Shown: positions 27,853 to 38,435, numbered from the stretch's first letter. The stretch: 64,000 bases of DNA from Candidatus Tayloriibacteriota bacterium (GCA_003151615.1 PLXZ01000004.1:46118-110117), one strand, 5' to 3'. Numbers and translations: made by a program. The notes: generated by a model from the letters alone, not told the origin.

Positions 27853-29520
27853 TTATTTTCTTTTTTCCAGAAACGCTTTTGCGGTTATTGCGTATTCTTC
27901 AATAATATTCAACAGGAAAATTTCCCTTGAAATTGAAGATGTTTTCCCGACGATGTTTTTTGCATCTTCATAACATGCGATAATTTCTCGTGCCGGAGTC
28001 ACGAGTCCGTTTTTAATCTGGCCTGTCACCCGCGTGCCTATTCCATTCTTCAGATCGTCTTGCCAATCGCGGATGTCATCGGACATTTGCTTGACGAATA
28101 TATAGTCTCTAAAAAGCCGGACGAACCGTTTCATTTCCGATCCGTCCGGAGAAATTCCGCTGTGAGCAAGCGCAAGAATGGAAGGCACCATCAAGCCGAT
28201 TGATTTATCAACGATTTGTTTTTTCGGGGGAATCGCGGTCTGCTTTTCAAGCATTTCGGCGCAGTCCATCGTATCGAACAGTTCCTGGCACAAGCGCCAA
28301 TTTTTTCGGACTGCCGTTTTTCCGCAGACCACAACCAATTCCCGATGGAACATATTTGCCAGCGGAAGCAAATCCACATTTTCTTTTTCGTCAATGATCC
28401 GGTCGTATATCGTATACGCCAGCCAGCCATAGAGGCTTATCAAACCGTACGAACTTTCCAAGGACGAAGAGGTAATGCGATACGGCATAAGCAGTATCTC
28501 TTTGAACGGGTCATTCGCGAATATTTTTTTCAGCATGCGAAGCGCTTCCGAGTGGAGCGGGTTTGGCAAAAATTCGCAGCGTTTTTGCGCCGTTGATTGC
28601 ATTTCCTTCAGCAGGTCGGCTTCTTTTTCATGAAGGGAGATGGCCTCTCCGCATGATGCCAGGGTAAATGCAGCGGAAGACGCGTAGTGTTTTTTGCCAC
28701 CAGTGATTTTTTCAATATAGAGGGGTTCTTTTTCAATTTGTGTGGTTGCTCCGTAATTTGAATCAAGACGATTTTTTATTTTTTCGATAAGACGGTCAAC
28801 GGTGCTGAAGTTCGCAGAGAGGTGTGCCAGCGCGCACGCCGCCAGGGCAATTTTGGTGAGGGAAATACCATTCGGTTCTGTTTCGGCTTTTTCTACGCAA
28901 TCCATGATTTTCCAAATGAGCGTGTTTCGTTTCAAACCGCGGTAATTTCTGGCAATGAAATAGTAGGAAAGAAGGGGATTGTGATAATAATTTGAGCGCA
29001 GGACGTTTGATTCCAGGCATTCATCAATATATCGCGTTACTTGCGGAATTTCGATTTTGAAAAGCGAGTAAAAGCAGGAAACATTCGCGTTCACAACCGG
29101 ATCAATGTCCCGCCACACGCCGTCGACCCATGTGAAGTAAGGACCGCCTGTTTTGGACGCCGAACGTATCAGGACATTTGCGGCATTGTCGAGCGCATCC
29201 CTCATAATTATTTCAGGCTTTATTTTTAACAGCGCAATCAGCGAGCAGAACGTATCGTCAAGGTCGTCGGGATATTTTTTTCCGGAATTTTCATATCTTT
29301 CACGCGGATAATAATTCCATGACCATTTTGCGCTTTTTTGCAGGAGGATATAATCGGCGGTTTTCCGCATCATTCCGGGCGGCGTTTCCATTTCAGAGAG
29401 ACAATATCCCATCAATGCATTGATGAAATTATTTTCAGCCCAAGAGCCGTCTTCATTTTGAAGTTTTTTGAGCCGCGTCACTATAAGCCGGATATGCCGG
29501 TCGATTTTTCTTTGTTCCAT
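27853..29520 (-). CDS. two-domain isoprenoid-enzyme-like protein: N-terminal prenyltransferase/class-II terpene-cyclase repeats plus C-terminal squalene/phytoene-synthase-like domain
   Basis: N-terminus: QNEDGSW (QxxDGxW repeat), KSAKWSW, YPDDLDDTF (DxDDT-like). C-terminus: LAYTIYDRIIDE and MSDDIRDWQDDLKNG resembling the two Asp-rich motifs of head-to-head isoprenoid synthases. Confidence 0.4.
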   Translation of the reverse strand: MEQRKIDRHIRLIVTRLKKLQNEDGSWAENNFINALMGYCLSEMETPPGMMRKTADYILLQKSAKWSWNYYPRERYENSGKKYPDDLDDTFCSLIALLKIKPEIIMRDALDNAANVLIRSASKTGGPYFTWVDGVWRDIDPVVNANVSCFYSLFKIEIPQVTRYIDECLESNVLRSNYYHNPLLSYYFIARNYRGLKRNTLIWKIMDCVEKAETEPNGISLTKIALAACALAHLSANFSTVDRLIEKIKNRLDSNYGATTQIEKEPLYIEKITGGKKHYASSAAFTLASCGEAISLHEKEADLLKEMQSTAQKRCEFLPNPLHSEALRMLKKIFANDPFKEILLMPYRITSSSLESSYGLISLYGWLAYTIYDRIIDEKENVDLLPLANMFHRELVVVCGKTAVRKNWRLCQELFDTMDCAEMLEKQTAIPPKKQIVDKSIGLMVPSILALAHSGISPDGSEMKRFVRLFRDYIFVKQMSDDIRDWQDDLKNGIGTRVTGQIKNGLVTPAREIIACYEDAKNIVGKTSSISREIFLLNIIEEYAITAKAFLEKRK

Positions 29521-29573
29521 GTGTTTTGATTTAAGGAAGCTAAGGGCACACTTACGCGTACACTTATGCCTGT

Positions 29574-31040
29574 TTACAGAGGAAATGAAATGGTAAAACG
29601 GGTTTCTGCGTTCGGTGTGCTCTCTACGCTTATTTTTCCCTTAAGTCCTTCTTCGACGATGCTTTTTACGGTGGAAAGGCCGACACCGATTCCTTTGTCC
29701 GACGATTTTGTGCTGAAGAATGCCTTAAAGATTTGGGGAATATTTTTGGGAGGAATTCCCGGACCGTTATCCGATACGATAATGAAAGCGGAGTCCTCCT
29801 TTCGGAACAGTTCAATGTCGATTGTCTTTCCGTTTTCGTCGTGTTTGTCCGGAGCCGTCTCATGCGCATCAATCGCATTTGATACGAGATTCAAAAAGAT
29901 TCTCTGAAAGTATATTGCGCTTATGTGCGTGAATACATTATTGTCGGATTTTACCCGTATGAGAACCTGCGCGTTGCGGGCCTTGTGTTTAAGAATTTCC
30001 AGCGTAGCGTACAGTTCGTCGGTGACGGAAATTCTTTTTTCCTGGACAGCTTCAGCGTTATTGTTTTGAGGGCCGCTGTGTCTGATGTAATTTCTGATCA
30101 GATTCATGAAACTTCCCATTTTATGCGAGGCCGCCACGGCAATTTGCAGATATGCCCGTGCCTCGTGTGCTTCAGGCAGGTCAACATTCCGTAATTTTTC
30201 CATGTGAAGAGCGACCGATGACAACGGCGTCATCAGATCGTGAAAGATTCCCTGTGAAAGCTTGCCGAATTCGGCAATACGCGAAATGTCAGCCATTCTT
30301 TCCGCCTGCGCCTTGTGAAGTTCGTCAGTCCGTTCTTTCACTTTTATTTCAAGAAGATCGCGTTCCTCCGCCAGCGCGCGTTCCGAAGACCGTGCCCGAT
30401 CGAGGGATTTTTGAATTTCGCGGTTCGACAGCCAGGACAGAGCGGCGATGAATACTAGTATTCCGGCATACGCAATAACGTCGGTTGATTTCAATCCCTC
30501 ATATTTCCACGGGAGAACACCGAGCGAATATATTTCGTGAACCGAGAGCGCGGTGAGGCTTATGATGACCAGTCCGGATACCAAAAAGCCAAAGCTCGAA
30601 CCTATCAATATGCTTGCCGTCACTGATATCAATGCAAACGACAAAAGAATTGCCGGCAGACTGACGCCCCAATGCCATCCTCCGTATAATGCGCCAGTAC
30701 CGTAGAGACCTATGATCGTGTATGAAACTGCACGCGCGTATCCGCGTTTGGAAGCGATGAACATAAGTACGCACGCGACAACGATCAACGTGAAGGTTGT
30801 CCAGGGGATTCCGTGGTAATGCGGAAATTGCCGGATGCTGTTCCATAGTATTGTTGCGTCGAGGAAAGAAAGGAGAAGTATGGAGAATAGCAGAATAATA
30901 TTCAGAATCAGTTCGCGCCGGCGCGCATCTTCGTCGTTTGATGTAGGTGCGACGAGTGCGAGTATCATTGCGGGAATACGCGCCTTAAAAACGCGTGTTC
31001 CCGCCCTGAGCAAATCTGTCATTTTCCGTGTTATTTCCAT
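29574..31040 (-). CDS. sensor histidine kinase (multi-TM sensor, HisKA, HATPase_c)
   Basis: FHDLMTPLSSV H-box, NLVSNAIDAH N-box, SDNGPGIP G1, GVGLSTVK G2. Confidence 0.85.
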   Translation of the reverse strand: MEITRKMTDLLRAGTRVFKARIPAMILALVAPTSNDEDARRRELILNIILLFSILLLSFLDATILWNSIRQFPHYHGIPWTTFTLIVVACVLMFIASKRGYARAVSYTIIGLYGTGALYGGWHWGVSLPAILLSFALISVTASILIGSSFGFLVSGLVIISLTALSVHEIYSLGVLPWKYEGLKSTDVIAYAGILVFIAALSWLSNREIQKSLDRARSSERALAEERDLLEIKVKERTDELHKAQAERMADISRIAEFGKLSQGIFHDLMTPLSSVALHMEKLRNVDLPEAHEARAYLQIAVAASHKMGSFMNLIRNYIRHSGPQNNNAEAVQEKRISVTDELYATLEILKHKARNAQVLIRVKSDNNVFTHISAIYFQRIFLNLVSNAIDAHETAPDKHDENGKTIDIELFRKEDSAFIIVSDNGPGIPPKNIPQIFKAFFSTKSSDKGIGVGLSTVKSIVEEGLKGKISVESTPNAETRFTISFPL

Positions 31041-31258
31041 GAGTTCGATTCAGTCATTGCTTAATCGTTCCACGGCGCGAATTCGCCGGCATCGTCATCG
31101 CCCGCATCGATTGATTTTTTCACTGTTTCGTCTGAAATTTTTGTCTGTTCAATATTCATTTTCTTGCAAAAAATTGGCTGATAAAATTATGTCCGACTTT
31201 TATTTCATAATCCTTGCCAGTATAAACAATGGGGTATGAAGGATTTATAAAAAAGTCA

Positions 31259-31276
31259 TAAAATTTTGATAAAATT
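31259..31276. promoter_or_regulatory. AT-rich palindromic 18-mer TAAAATTTTGATAAAATT (copy 1)
   Basis: Exact 18-mer also at 40531-40548; 15/18 reverse-complement match at 32058-32078; AATTTT-GAT-AAAATT is a perfect 6-bp inverted repeat. Confidence 0.4.
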
Positions 31277-31326
31277 TGCGCGGGACTTCATTCTTCAAAC
31301 TATGTCAATGTCGTTGTAATGGTTCA

Positions 31327-31995
31327 TTATTCATTAATGCTATAACCGCGTCCGGGCACGTTCCGGATCAGGTCTTTTTTCCGCCCGACATTTATTTTCT
31401 TGCGCAAATTGAGGATGTGCGATTCTATGGTGTTGGAAAACGGATCACTTTCGGCACTCCAGACGCGTTCCATGATGACGCTCCGCGACAATACCATTCC
31501 CGGATTTTTCATCAGGAAATGAAGCAGATTAAATTCCTTTCTCGTCAGGTAAATGCCGGTTTGCCCGCGCAGGACCGTTTGTTTTTCTCCGTCGAGCACA
31601 AGATCGCCGACACAAAGCATGTTTGATTCTATTTTGTGCGGCCGGCGCGCTACTGCGCGGACGCGTGCGCGCAATTCCTTGAATGAAAAGGGTTTTGTCA
31701 TATAATCGTCCGCGCCTTTTTCCAGGGAGTTGACTTTATGATAAATTTCGCCCATGACGGAGAGAAAAATGATGGGCGTGGTTTTTCCGGCGGCCCGAAT
31801 TTCGTCGCAAATAATTCCTCCATTTTTCTTCGGAAGGGAATAGTCCAGAATAATGACGTCATATTCATTCGTGCGCGCCAAATACGATCCGTCGGCGCCA
31901 TTGTCCGCAGTGTCCACCGTTGACGACTCCGCTTCAAATCCGTCCCGCAAAAACTCCCGCATTTCAGGATCGTCTTCAACGATTAATATCTTCAT
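31327..31995 (-). CDS. OmpR-family response regulator
   Basis: MKILIVEDD receiver domain, winged-helix C-terminus (LTRKEFNLLHFL). Confidence 0.9.
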   Translation of the reverse strand: MKILIVEDDPEMREFLRDGFEAESSTVDTADNGADGSYLARTNEYDVIILDYSLPKKNGGIICDEIRAAGKTTPIIFLSVMGEIYHKVNSLEKGADDYMTKPFSFKELRARVRAVARRPHKIESNMLCVGDLVLDGEKQTVLRGQTGIYLTRKEFNLLHFLMKNPGMVLSRSVIMERVWSAESDPFSNTIESHILNLRKKINVGRKKDLIRNVPGRGYSINE

Positions 31996-32057
31996 GCTGA
32001 GCATTATAGTTTATGCACAGCGTAAAAGCGATGTATACGCTGAATAACTTTCACGAT

Positions 32058-32078
32058 TTCTTTATCAAAATTTTATCT
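32058..32078. promoter_or_regulatory. AT-rich palindromic motif (copy 3, reverse orientation, 15/18 match)
   Basis: tttatcaaaattttatc in the divergent region between the response regulator and the dedA-pap2 gene. Confidence 0.3.
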
Positions 32079-32135
32079 TTATTTTATAAAGATTTTATCC
32101 CGCGTATGGTATGCTTATTTCAAGCCATATTTGCC

Positions 32136-33473
32136 ATGCAACCGCTCATTCATCATTTTCCACATATAATGCCGGTAGGGGCCTTTATCGCCCAATTTCA
32201 AGCCATACTTCAGCACGGCGGCTATTGGCTGATTGCCGCGGCATCGGTTTTGGAATCGATTCCGCTCCTCGGTACTATCATTCCGGGACATACAATCGTC
32301 ATTATCGGAGGGTTTTTTGCCAAGCTCGGTTTCCTCAATATATATGCAGTCGCCGGCATCGCGGCGGCGGGATCGATTCTCGGCGATCTCATCGGATATT
32401 TTTTGGGAAAGAAATACGGATTGTCGCTCATCACAAAATGGGGCAAATATTTTTTGTTGAGACAGGAGAATATCGACAAAGCCCGAACGCTCATTGAACG
32501 CCACATGGGCAAGGCTCTTATTATCGGGCGCTTCAATCCGGTGGCGCGTTGCTTCACGCCGTTTCTGGTCGGCGCGGGCGGAGGGAAGTGGAAAATGTTT
32601 TGGATTTACGACATCATCGCCGGAATCAGCTGGGCAATCATATCGGTCGGCATCGGATATATTTTCGGAGCAAGCTATCACTTGATTGCCAGCTTCATCG
32701 GCGAATTCACGACCATTGGCATCGCCATCGCGATATTGATAGGTCTGGGATATTACTTTGTGAACAGAAGCAGGCATTTGTTTTCCCGGCATGATTTGTA
32801 TCTCCTGTTCACGAGCCTTTTTTCCGTGATCATTTTTTTCAAGAGCGTCCAGGACATTTTTTCGCGCCAGCCAATTTTCGTCAACTTGGATGTCGCGATG
32901 AATATGGCCATGGCGCGTCACGTTGTTCCATTTTTAGTGGAGTTGTCGAAAATAATCAGCGATGTTCTGTCTCCGTTGGTACTGTGCATTGTCGCCGCGC
33001 TTTTCGCCGTCTGGTTTTTGGCCAAAAAGCGTCGGCATTATCTGCATATTTTAATTTCCGCATTTCCGGTCGGTCTCGTTTTCGATTATGTTTTAAAAAA
33101 TGCCATTCAAAGGCCGCGTCCGGTTGACATGCTTGTTCACGAGCCGGGTTTCAGCTTTCCGTCTGGGCACGCCGTGGCTATTGCACTTTTCTGTACATTG
33201 ATGATTTATTATTTCGCGCGATCCATTAAAAATCGCCACTGGAGAGATACGTTCATAGTCGGAAATTTTTTTCTCGTCGTGCTTGTCTGCGCCGCCCGCG
33301 TATATTTGAACGTCCACTGGTTCAGCGACGTGCTCGCCGGCGCATCATTCGGAGTTTTTTGGGCGACCCTTTCGATATTGATCGTCCGTTATCTCGAAGG
33401 TCTGTCGCAGGGTAGGGGCGCAGAGGAGATCAAAATAGACCATATAAAAGCCGAAATGGCAGTTGAAGAATAA
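32136..33473 (+). CDS. DedA-family membrane protein fused to PAP2 (type 2 phosphatidic-acid/undecaprenyl-diphosphate phosphatase) domain
   Basis: DedA core (LESIPLLGTIIPGHTIVIIGG...GRFNPVARCFTPFLVG); PAP2 motifs KNAIQRPRP, PSGH, HWFSDVLAG. Confidence 0.7.
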   Translation: MQPLIHHFPHIMPVGAFIAQFQAILQHGGYWLIAAASVLESIPLLGTIIPGHTIVIIGGFFAKLGFLNIYAVAGIAAAGSILGDLIGYFLGKKYGLSLITKWGKYFLLRQENIDKARTLIERHMGKALIIGRFNPVARCFTPFLVGAGGGKWKMFWIYDIIAGISWAIISVGIGYIFGASYHLIASFIGEFTTIGIAIAILIGLGYYFVNRSRHLFSRHDLYLLFTSLFSVIIFFKSVQDIFSRQPIFVNLDVAMNMAMARHVVPFLVELSKIISDVLSPLVLCIVAALFAVWFLAKKRRHYLHILISAFPVGLVFDYVLKNAIQRPRPVDMLVHEPGFSFPSGHAVAIALFCTLMIYYFARSIKNRHWRDTFIVGNFFLVVLVCAARVYLNVHWFSDVLAGASFGVFWATLSILIVRYLEGLSQGRGAEEIKIDHIKAEMAVEE

Positions 33474-33497
33474 GGCGAAATTTGTTAGGATAATCGA

Positions 33498-34172
33498 ATG
33501 GTCATAACCTATTTTGGCGCTGAATTTTTCAAGGTCCAGTTCGGGGATATTACCCTGGCCTTTAATCCCGTCTCCAAGGATTCAAAAATAAAGCCGTCCC
33601 GTTTCGGGGCCGACATCGTTTTGGTCTCGACGTATCACGAGGATTTCAACGGCATCGATCAGGTGACGCATGGCGACAAAAAACCATTTGCGATAAGCGG
33701 CCCGGGCGAGTATGAAGTGAAGGGCGTTTTTATAAAAGGGTTGGCGAGCGAATCTGGCTATGGACAAAAAACCTCCGAAAAATCGGCTGAAAAACCTCTC
33801 GTCAATACTATATATACGGTATCGCTCGAAAATATGAATCTCTGTTTTTTGGGCGCGATCAACAATGCCGAACTGGCAAATGAGACCGTCGAAGCTCTTG
33901 ATGAGATAGACATTCTGTTTGTGCCGATTGGAGGCGAGGGCGTGCTTGATGCGGCGAAGGCATACAAATTTGCGGTATCACTCGAACCCAAACTGATCAT
34001 TCCAATGCATTATTCGACGGCCGGCGCGGATATGGGCGCTGCGAATGCATTGAAGGCTTTTCTGAAGGAGGCAGGCGAGAATCCGGCACCGGTTGCAAAA
34101 CTGACCCTGAAGAAAAAAGATCTCGAGGGCAAGGAAGCCGATGTCATTGTATTGGAGTCCAGCAAGGAGTAA
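33498..34172 (+). CDS. MBL-fold metallo-hydrolase
   Basis: ITYFGAEFFKVQFGDITLAFNP ... STYHEDFNG beta-lactamase-fold pattern. Confidence 0.7.
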   Translation: MVITYFGAEFFKVQFGDITLAFNPVSKDSKIKPSRFGADIVLVSTYHEDFNGIDQVTHGDKKPFAISGPGEYEVKGVFIKGLASESGYGQKTSEKSAEKPLVNTIYTVSLENMNLCFLGAINNAELANETVEALDEIDILFVPIGGEGVLDAAKAYKFAVSLEPKLIIPMHYSTAGADMGAANALKAFLKEAGENPAPVAKLTLKKKDLEGKEADVIVLESSKE

Positions 34173-34198
34173 TATATGAGCAATTAAAACCAATCAAA

Positions 34199-34567
34199 AT
34201 GATGGACAAACTTGAACAATTAAGAGCCAAGCCGGATCATATAAAGCGCATGATTGCGGCGGGCGTTGCCGGGGGAATAACCCTGGTCATCATTGTTTTT
34301 TGGATTGTTTCGCTTTCCGTTTCAAGCGGTTCGTCGGCAATGGCTGATAATGCTTCGGCTCAAATTGCCGCGTCGCCATTTTCGACTCTTTCCGCGAGCG
34401 TCGAGGACGCTTTTGTTCCCGTCGGCGCCGCTTTCGAACGGATGATGGGTTATTTCAGCGGAACGCAGGCTACTTCTTCAAACGCCATTCAAATGTATTC
34501 GCCGGCCGAAGCACAGGCCGCAGCCTCACAAAATCAATCCGCGCAAATGAATACGGTTAACCAATAA
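34199..34567 (+). CDS. hypothetical membrane-anchored protein
   Basis: ORF track; one TM helix; A/S/Q-rich tail. Confidence 0.3.
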   Translation: MMDKLEQLRAKPDHIKRMIAAGVAGGITLVIIVFWIVSLSVSSGSSAMADNASAQIAASPFSTLSASVEDAFVPVGAAFERMMGYFSGTQATSSNAIQMYSPAEAQAAASQNQSAQMNTVNQ

Positions 34568-34581
34568 TATAGAATACGGAT

Positions 34582-37092
34582 ATGGCAAAAGGAAAAAATA
34601 CAAAAAGCGAATTAGCGCCGGTCGAACCGGTTCCTCGAGACCCGGCTCTTGGCATTGTTGCCAGAAATATTACGACGGAAATGCGCGAGTCGTATTTGGA
34701 TTACGCGATGTCCGTCATTACCGCGCGCGCCTTGCCGGACGTCCGCGACGGATTGAAACCGGTGCATCGCCGCATTTTATACGCCATGCATGAAAAAGGC
34801 CTGACTGCTTCCGCAAAATTCCGAAAATCGGCCGTGGTCGTCGGAGACGTGCTCGGTAACTATCATCCGCACGGCGATGTTGCCGTGTACGATTCCATGG
34901 TTGTGATGGCTCAGGATTTTAAAATGCGCTATCCGTTGATTTCCGGACAGGGAAACTTCGGAAACATCGACGGAGACTCTGCGGCGGCTATGCGATATAC
35001 CGAAGCAAAAATGTCGCGCCTCTCCGCTGAACTTTTAAAGGACATTGAAAAAGACACGGTTGATTTTCGTCCGAACTACGACGGCACGCGTAAGGAGCCG
35101 ATCGTTTTGCCGACAGCTGTTCCGAATTTGCTGTTGAACGGAACGCTCGGCATTGCCGTCGGTATGGCGACGAACATCGCTCCGCACAATTTGTCCGAAG
35201 TCGTTGACGCGACCCAGCATTTGCTCGAAGACAAAGACGCGACGACCGAAGATTTGCTTAAATTTATAAAAGGCCCTGATTTTCCGACGGGCGCAATCAT
35301 GTACGGCGAAAAGGACATTCAGCACGCCTACACGACCGGCCGCGGCGGCATTGTCGTTCGTGGAGAAGCCGAAATTACCGAGGACAAGAAAGGACAATTC
35401 CAAATCATTATCACTTCGATTCCATATCGCGTGAACAAGGCTGAGTTGATCATGAAAATTGCGGATCTCGTCCGCGACAAAGTTTTGGAAGGCATCCGCG
35501 CCCTTCGCGACGAATCCGACAAGGACATGCGCATCGTCATCGAATTGAAGCAGGGCGCGCATCCCGAAAAAGTTCTCAATTATATATACAAGCATACCCA
35601 GCTCGAAGACACTTTTCATGTGAATACCGTCGCGCTCGTGCATGGCGTGCCGCAGACGCTTTCATTGAAGTCGATTCTCGAAGAATTCATTTTGCACCGC
35701 GTCGAAGTCATCCGCCGCCGAACGCAGTTCGATTTGAATGCCGCCGAAGCGCGCGAACATATTTTGCTCGGCCTCAAAAAAGCCCTCGACCATATCGACG
35801 AAATCATCAAATTGATCCGCGCGTCAAAAGACGTTCCCGAAGCCCAAGCCGGCTTGATGAAGAAATTCAAATTTACGGTTTTGCAGGCGAATGCCATTTT
35901 GGAAATGCGTCTCTCGAAATTGGCGGGTCTCGAGCGCAAGAAAGTTCTCGATGAATTGGCGGAGGTACAGGCCCTGATCGAAGAATTGAAAAGCATTCTC
36001 GCGAGCGAGAAAAAAGTTCGCGGCATCATCAAGACTGAACTCACCGATATCCGCGCAAAATACGGCGACGAGCGCCGCACGAAATTGGTCCGACACGGCT
36101 TAAAAGATTTCAATCCTGAGGACCTAATTGCCGACGAGGAATCAGTGCTTGTCCTGACAAAAGGAGGCTATATCAAACGCACAAATCCCGACGAATACCG
36201 AAAACAGAAGCGCGGCGGCGTGGGTGTGGTTGATCTTGATACAAAAGAAGAAGACTTCATTTCACATTTGGTTTTCGCCTCGACGCACAATGATTTGCTT
36301 TTCTTTACCGACAAAGGCAAGGCGTATCAGATAAAAATGTACGATATTCCGGAAGGCAAGCGTGCGACAAAGGGCAAATCGGTCATGAATTTCCTGTCGC
36401 TTTCCGACGGCGAAAAAATTACATCGATTTTGCCGATGCCGAAAGACAAGAAAACCGCGGAAGGCCTGGCCCTCATGATGGTTACGAAAAACGGAACCGG
36501 AAAGAAATCGTCCGCGAAACATTTCCATGATGTGCGACGATCCGGTCTGATTGCGATTACTCTCGACGAAGGCGACGAACTCATCTCTGTTTCATTTGTA
36601 TCAAAAAATGACAGCATTGTGATTGCGACGAAGGAAGGCCAGTCGATCCGATTCGATGAAGCTGATGTCCGGGAAATGGGACGCAGTGCCGCCGGCGTGC
36701 GCGTCATCCGCCTCACCGAAGCCGATCCGAAAAAGAAAATCGAGGCCGATGCCGTAATTTCCGCCGACGTTGTTTCAAAAGACGCCAAAAATCCCGCATT
36801 GTTCGTCATGGGGGCAAACGGTTACGGCAAAAAGACCGCACTTTCCGAATACAAAGTCCAGAATCGCGGCGGTTCCGGTATTCTTACTATGAATATCACC
36901 CCAAAAACAGGCACACTCATGGGTGCGCGTGTCGTCACCGACGATGAAACCGAAGTCGTAGCCATGTCCAAAAAATCCCAAGTCATCCGCGTCGATCTCG
37001 CCGAAATACCAACCTTGAGCCGCGCAACGCAGGGTGTCCGCGTCATGAAACTCCGCGAAGGGGATTCGCTTGCGAGCTTGATTTGTCTGTAA
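34582..37092 (+). CDS. gyrA: DNA gyrase subunit A
   Basis: [15 protein letters not shown] motif, active-site Tyr region, C-terminal beta-pinwheel repeats. Confidence 0.95.
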   Translation: MAKGKNTKSELAPVEPVPRDPALGIVARNITTEMRESYLDYAMSVITARALPDVRDGLKPVHRRILYAMHEKGLTASAKFRKSAVVVGDVLGNYHPHGDVAVYDSMVVMAQDFKMRYPLISGQGNFGNIDGDSAAAMRYTEAKMSRLSAELLKDIEKDTVDFRPNYDGTRKEPIVLPTAVPNLLLNGTLGIAVGMATNIAPHNLSEVVDATQHLLEDKDATTEDLLKFIKGPDFPTGAIMYGEKDIQHAYTTGRGGIVVRGEAEITEDKKGQFQIIITSIPYRVNKAELIMKIADLVRDKVLEGIRALRDESDKDMRIVIELKQGAHPEKVLNYIYKHTQLEDTFHVNTVALVHGVPQTLSLKSILEEFILHRVEVIRRRTQFDLNAAEAREHILLGLKKALDHIDEIIKLIRASKDVPEAQAGLMKKFKFTVLQANAILEMRLSKLAGLERKKVLDELAEVQALIEELKSILASEKKVRGIIKTELTDIRAKYGDERRTKLVRHGLKDFNPEDLIADEESVLVLTKGGYIKRTNPDEYRKQKRGGVGVVDLDTKEEDFISHLVFASTHNDLLFFTDKGKAYQIKMYDIPEGKRATKGKSVMNFLSLSDGEKITSILPMPKDKKTAEGLALMMVTKNGTGKKSSAKHFHDVRRSGLIAITLDEGDELISVSFVSKNDSIVIATKEGQSIRFDEADVREMGRSAAGVRVIRLTEADPKKKIEADAVISADVVSKDAKNPALFVMGANGYGKKTALSEYKVQNRGGSGILTMNITPKTGTLMGARVVTDDETEVVAMSKKSQVIRVDLAEIPTLSRATQGVRVMKLREGDSLASLICL

Positions 37093-37107
37093 TTTTTCCT
37101 TTGGAAT

Positions 37108-37626
37108 ATGTTAAAAATCAATTTTTTACCAGATTCGGATCTCGAAGATGTCTCGGAAGCTATTAGCCAGTATCAGGCCATTTGGGATTCAGACGGAGAA
37201 AAAATCGTAAAAGCTTGGGAAGATGTCACCGGTTATAAATTTAAGGAGACTTTTATAAACGCAACCATTTGGGGCGGCAGAGGAGGCCATTCAAGTCCTC
37301 TCGCTCTTACTGCGTGGAGAAAGTCGATTGATGATAAAAAGCTTCATCTAGTTCATGAACTTGGACACAGGGTTCTTCTTCTGCCGCGCCGTGAAATATA
37401 CAAAAAGACTCGAATTTTCGATGATAGTTTGAGTAATCATAAGGTCTTAGACCTCGTCCTGTACGATGTTTATGAAATGGTCTACGGAAAAGAATTTAGA
37501 GATTATGCCGTCAAACAAGACTCCGAAATGCTTCCGCCTTTATATAAAGAAGCATGGGATTTTGCGCTTTCATTCAAAACAAAAGAAGAACGCCAGCAAA
37601 AATTCAAGGAGATGATGGCTGCTTAG
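37108..37626 (+). CDS. hypothetical HExxH (HELGH) protein; AT-rich
   Basis: LVHELGHRVLL motif; weak overall resemblance to ORF 59-643. Confidence 0.4.
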   Translation: MLKINFLPDSDLEDVSEAISQYQAIWDSDGEKIVKAWEDVTGYKFKETFINATIWGGRGGHSSPLALTAWRKSIDDKKLHLVHELGHRVLLLPRREIYKKTRIFDDSLSNHKVLDLVLYDVYEMVYGKEFRDYAVKQDSEMLPPLYKEAWDFALSFKTKEERQQKFKEMMAA

Positions 37627-37643
37627 AAATCGATTCCGCCGAT

Positions 37644-38435
37644 CTATTTTTGGTGCTGTTCGGAAACATTCCAGATCCCATCAAACAATGCCTGCATCGT
37701 ATCGGCATGTTCTTTTGAAGTTATAAGTACGCAATAGCTGTTTTTCTTCGAAGAAACGTAGAGGGTCTTGTCGTCGTAAAGGAAAATGGTCGTCTGAAAT
37801 TTTCCGCGCATGACTTCCGGCATGATTCGAACCTGCGAAAATCCCTCATAATATTGCTTTATGAGTTTTTTATCTACGGCATTTTCCCAAATATTCTTGG
37901 TTTTTATGTTTCTCCGGATGCGCTCTTCGACGAAGAGTTCGACAAAATCCTTACCGATTTGCCAGAAAAAGTTTTCTTTCGGAACGATCGAATTGATGCG
38001 GCCGCTTTTGCAATAGAGCATTTCCATTATTGTATTTTTCACTGCGTCGACTCCTTCATAAAAAGCAACGGTCGGTTTTTGATGCGCGGGGGATGGTGTC
38101 GCGACAAGGGAAGGGATCATCTCGTCGACATGTTTCTGAAGCTTGGAAAATTCCAATGCTTTTTCTTTGGCAATGATTGCAAGTTTTCTGATTGGTTCGA
38201 GCGTGAAGCTCTTATCGCCGGCCAATCCGGTCTTGCTCGTCAAGCCGCGTTTTTCGAGACAGCCGAGGGCGTAATAAACGGTAGGGCGCTTCAATCGGGT
38301 AACTTTTACCAAATCCCGGGCTGTCCGCACGCCGGATACCATAGCCAAATACACCGTGACTTCCGAATCACTCAGGCCGAGATCCATAAGATGTTTCCGT
38401 GGTTCATTCATATTTGTATAACGGTTATTATACAC
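37644..38435 (-). CDS. TrmB-family transcriptional regulator
   Basis: N-terminal winged HTH (LSDSEVTVYLAMV...KRPTVYYALGCLEKRGL) plus C-terminal TrmB-like domain. Confidence 0.65.
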   Translation of the reverse strand: MYNNRYTNMNEPRKHLMDLGLSDSEVTVYLAMVSGVRTARDLVKVTRLKRPTVYYALGCLEKRGLTSKTGLAGDKSFTLEPIRKLAIIAKEKALEFSKLQKHVDEMIPSLVATPSPAHQKPTVAFYEGVDAVKNTIMEMLYCKSGRINSIVPKENFFWQIGKDFVELFVEERIRRNIKTKNIWENAVDKKLIKQYYEGFSQVRIMPEVMRGKFQTTIFLYDDKTLYVSSKKNSYCVLITSKEHADTMQALFDGIWNVSEQHQK

